A stretch of 64,000 bases of DNA from assembly GCA_051362555.1 (NCBI GenBank), contig CM120648.1:19774587-19838586 (forward strand). The letters run 5' to 3'. Shown here in pieces: positions 62,148-64,000 of this stretch. The stretch is from Lingula anatina. Taxonomy: Eukaryota > Animalia > Brachiopoda. Under the pieces are notes generated by a model that searched no databases, had not been told where the DNA came from, and worked only from the letters and a program-made list of their open reading frames with translations. Position numbers and translations under genes: made by a program. Position 1 is the first letter of the stretch. Every line of letters starts with the position of its first letter.

Positions 62148-62700
62148 AGCAATAATAACTCTTCCTTTGAGATTCAAAAATCCGCATGAAATACATTGTA
62201 AAAAACGCATGGAAATATATTCTATTGTATTTTACCACTAAAACGGCCGTTATTGTAGGAAAACTAAAATCTGTGCTTGTCAGTAGGGCTTACGATGCCT
62301 TTTTTCCGGTCGACAAGTGCATTCGTTGCTAATGACGTAATGGTGTCACGCGGATTCTCGCGTTCATTTGAGACCAAAATAACATGGCACCAAACGCATT
62401 AGTGCAGACGCAGACGTAAGTTGCGAGTTTTTGTACAGTGCGTCGGATAACGAAAAGCCCAGAATGGCACACATTGTGGATATAAATGCATTTTTAACAA
62501 AAAGACGAATATATCTCATGAATCTTATATAGTGTTGTTGTTGTCTGCTTTTCCCGCAGTTTTAAGTAGGTCACCAGTGACTTTGCAATGTCAGAGAGAG
62601 CTCCGTCAGTTAAAATCTCTTAAGAGATTTTAACAAAAAACCGTACGTTTAGGAAAAAAAAACCTGGATTAACTTTGAATGCAGGAATGGGGTCGTTGGC
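62148..62700. mobile_element. Possible decayed Kolobok-like MITE in intron 7
   Basis: TTAA|AG start and a weak inverted end (ATTCAAA / TTTGAAT). Right TSD not seen. Confidence 0.3.
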
Positions 62701-63055
62701 CATTGGTAAGTACGGGAAAATTGCCGTTTTTTCCAGGAAAATCCAATTTTTGGCCAAAACGAAGAGTTATTATGACTTTAATTATTTAGAAACTTTTCAC
62801 TATGTGACTATTTGTGGATGGCATGATTTAATGTTGGGGGAAAAGGGTGTTCCTTGCCCCCTGTACTCCATCCTAATTTTATAGGTTCATTGCAACATAC
62901 CCCATTTCTCAACTTGAACAAAGTGGACTATATCATATACACACATACACATACACACATCCCGGTAAATGTTTTCTTTCGCACTGACAATTTAACATTA
63001 TTATATGGTAATGAACAACAACTACAAAAATGTCTTAACTAGTTTTTATTCATAG

Positions 63056-64000
63056 GGCGACGTTGAAAAGATTTTTGATAAACTCAAGAAGTGTCTCGAC
63101 GACAGGCAGGTACTCAAGGACCACGTCTACCGATATTTTGCCATAAGCAACTTGGCCGAAGATGATGGGGAGTTCGCTGAAATAAAAAAAGCGATCGAAG
63201 ATTTGTGCGGTTATAGCAGCAACAGTATTGCTACTGTTCAACATCTTTCAGTGAATTGGATTAAATTGGAAATGAATTTGGCAGAGAAGAGTGAAGAAAC
63301 CCCCATCATATCTATTGAAAAACTGAGGGAAATGGCAAAAAGGGTAGGACTCCCCGATGAAGAATTACAAGAAAAATTCATTCCTTACCATCACCGTCAA
63401 GGCGACATCCTACACTTCAAAGTTGATGGACTGGAAAATGTTGTCATAATAGATCCACTTTGGTTAGCAGTTGTGTTTTCTGCCATCATGACCAATGCCA
63501 GCAGTCAACCTGGAGGCAGTCACTTTGATCTCCTGAAAGACGATCTGAAAAGAGGAGTGCTCAATGAGGAGGTATTTGATGAATATCTAAAACAAATCAA
63601 AATGGCCGAAAAAAAGACTGAAATCATTCAACTTATGCTGCATTTCGACTTGATGTTAGAAATATCCCAAGCAGTTGAAAACCCTCTGCCTGGGTCTGGA
63701 AAGAGAAGATTCATCGTGCCCAGTATGCTGGTATCCAATATCAGTGTAAATAATGCCTTGTCTGAGACGGATCCACAGAAATATTTGCTTATCGCATTCC
63801 CTCACATTCTGTTTCCTATCGGGTTGTTTCATCGTCTGATCATCCGTCTTCTTAGGAAGTATAGAGCTCAGGAATATAAACATAACATTCCAGTTGTTGG
63901 GTTTGACTATGCCTCCTTCCGTTTGGGAGACGAACAATCGGTGCTCCATCTCGCCATTGAAGAAAGGGCCATGAGAATGATGATAACAAATGCTACTGGA
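63056..64000 (+). CDS. NHL-Roc-COR exon 8 (partial): Roc end and COR domain
   Basis: TTCATAG| acceptor, phase 0. Frame open to the window end: YFAISN, NWIKLE, YHHRQGDILHF, VVIIDPLWL, LMLHFDL, FIVPSML, FPIGLFHRL. It is missing from the ORF track, probably because no stop falls inside the window. Confidence 0.93.

Overview
AT-rich eukaryotic genomic DNA, most consistent with a marine invertebrate (possibly a mollusc; this is inference). No rRNA, tRNA or CRISPR was seen. Bases 1-39000 are mostly transposon remains. They include a young non-autonomous Gypsy LTR element (tRNA-Pro PBS, Gmr1-like domain order), a decayed RTEX-like LINE carrying nested MITEs, and piggyBac, CACTA, Harbinger, Kolobok, Tc1 and Sola-like elements, all overlaid on an old local segmental duplication. 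From 39418 to the window end I can splice by eye one apparently intact + strand gene of 8 exons and at least 913 codons, still open at 64000. It encodes a six-bladed NHL beta-propeller joined in frame to a Roc GTPase (G1-G4 intact) and a COR domain, i.e. an NHL-ROCO protein. The Roc switch region carries an insertion of about 120 aa built from symmetric phase 1-1 exons, including a duplicated 51-bp mini-exon. The gene model rests on splice signals and frame compatibility only. All identities are visual estimates and no searches were run.
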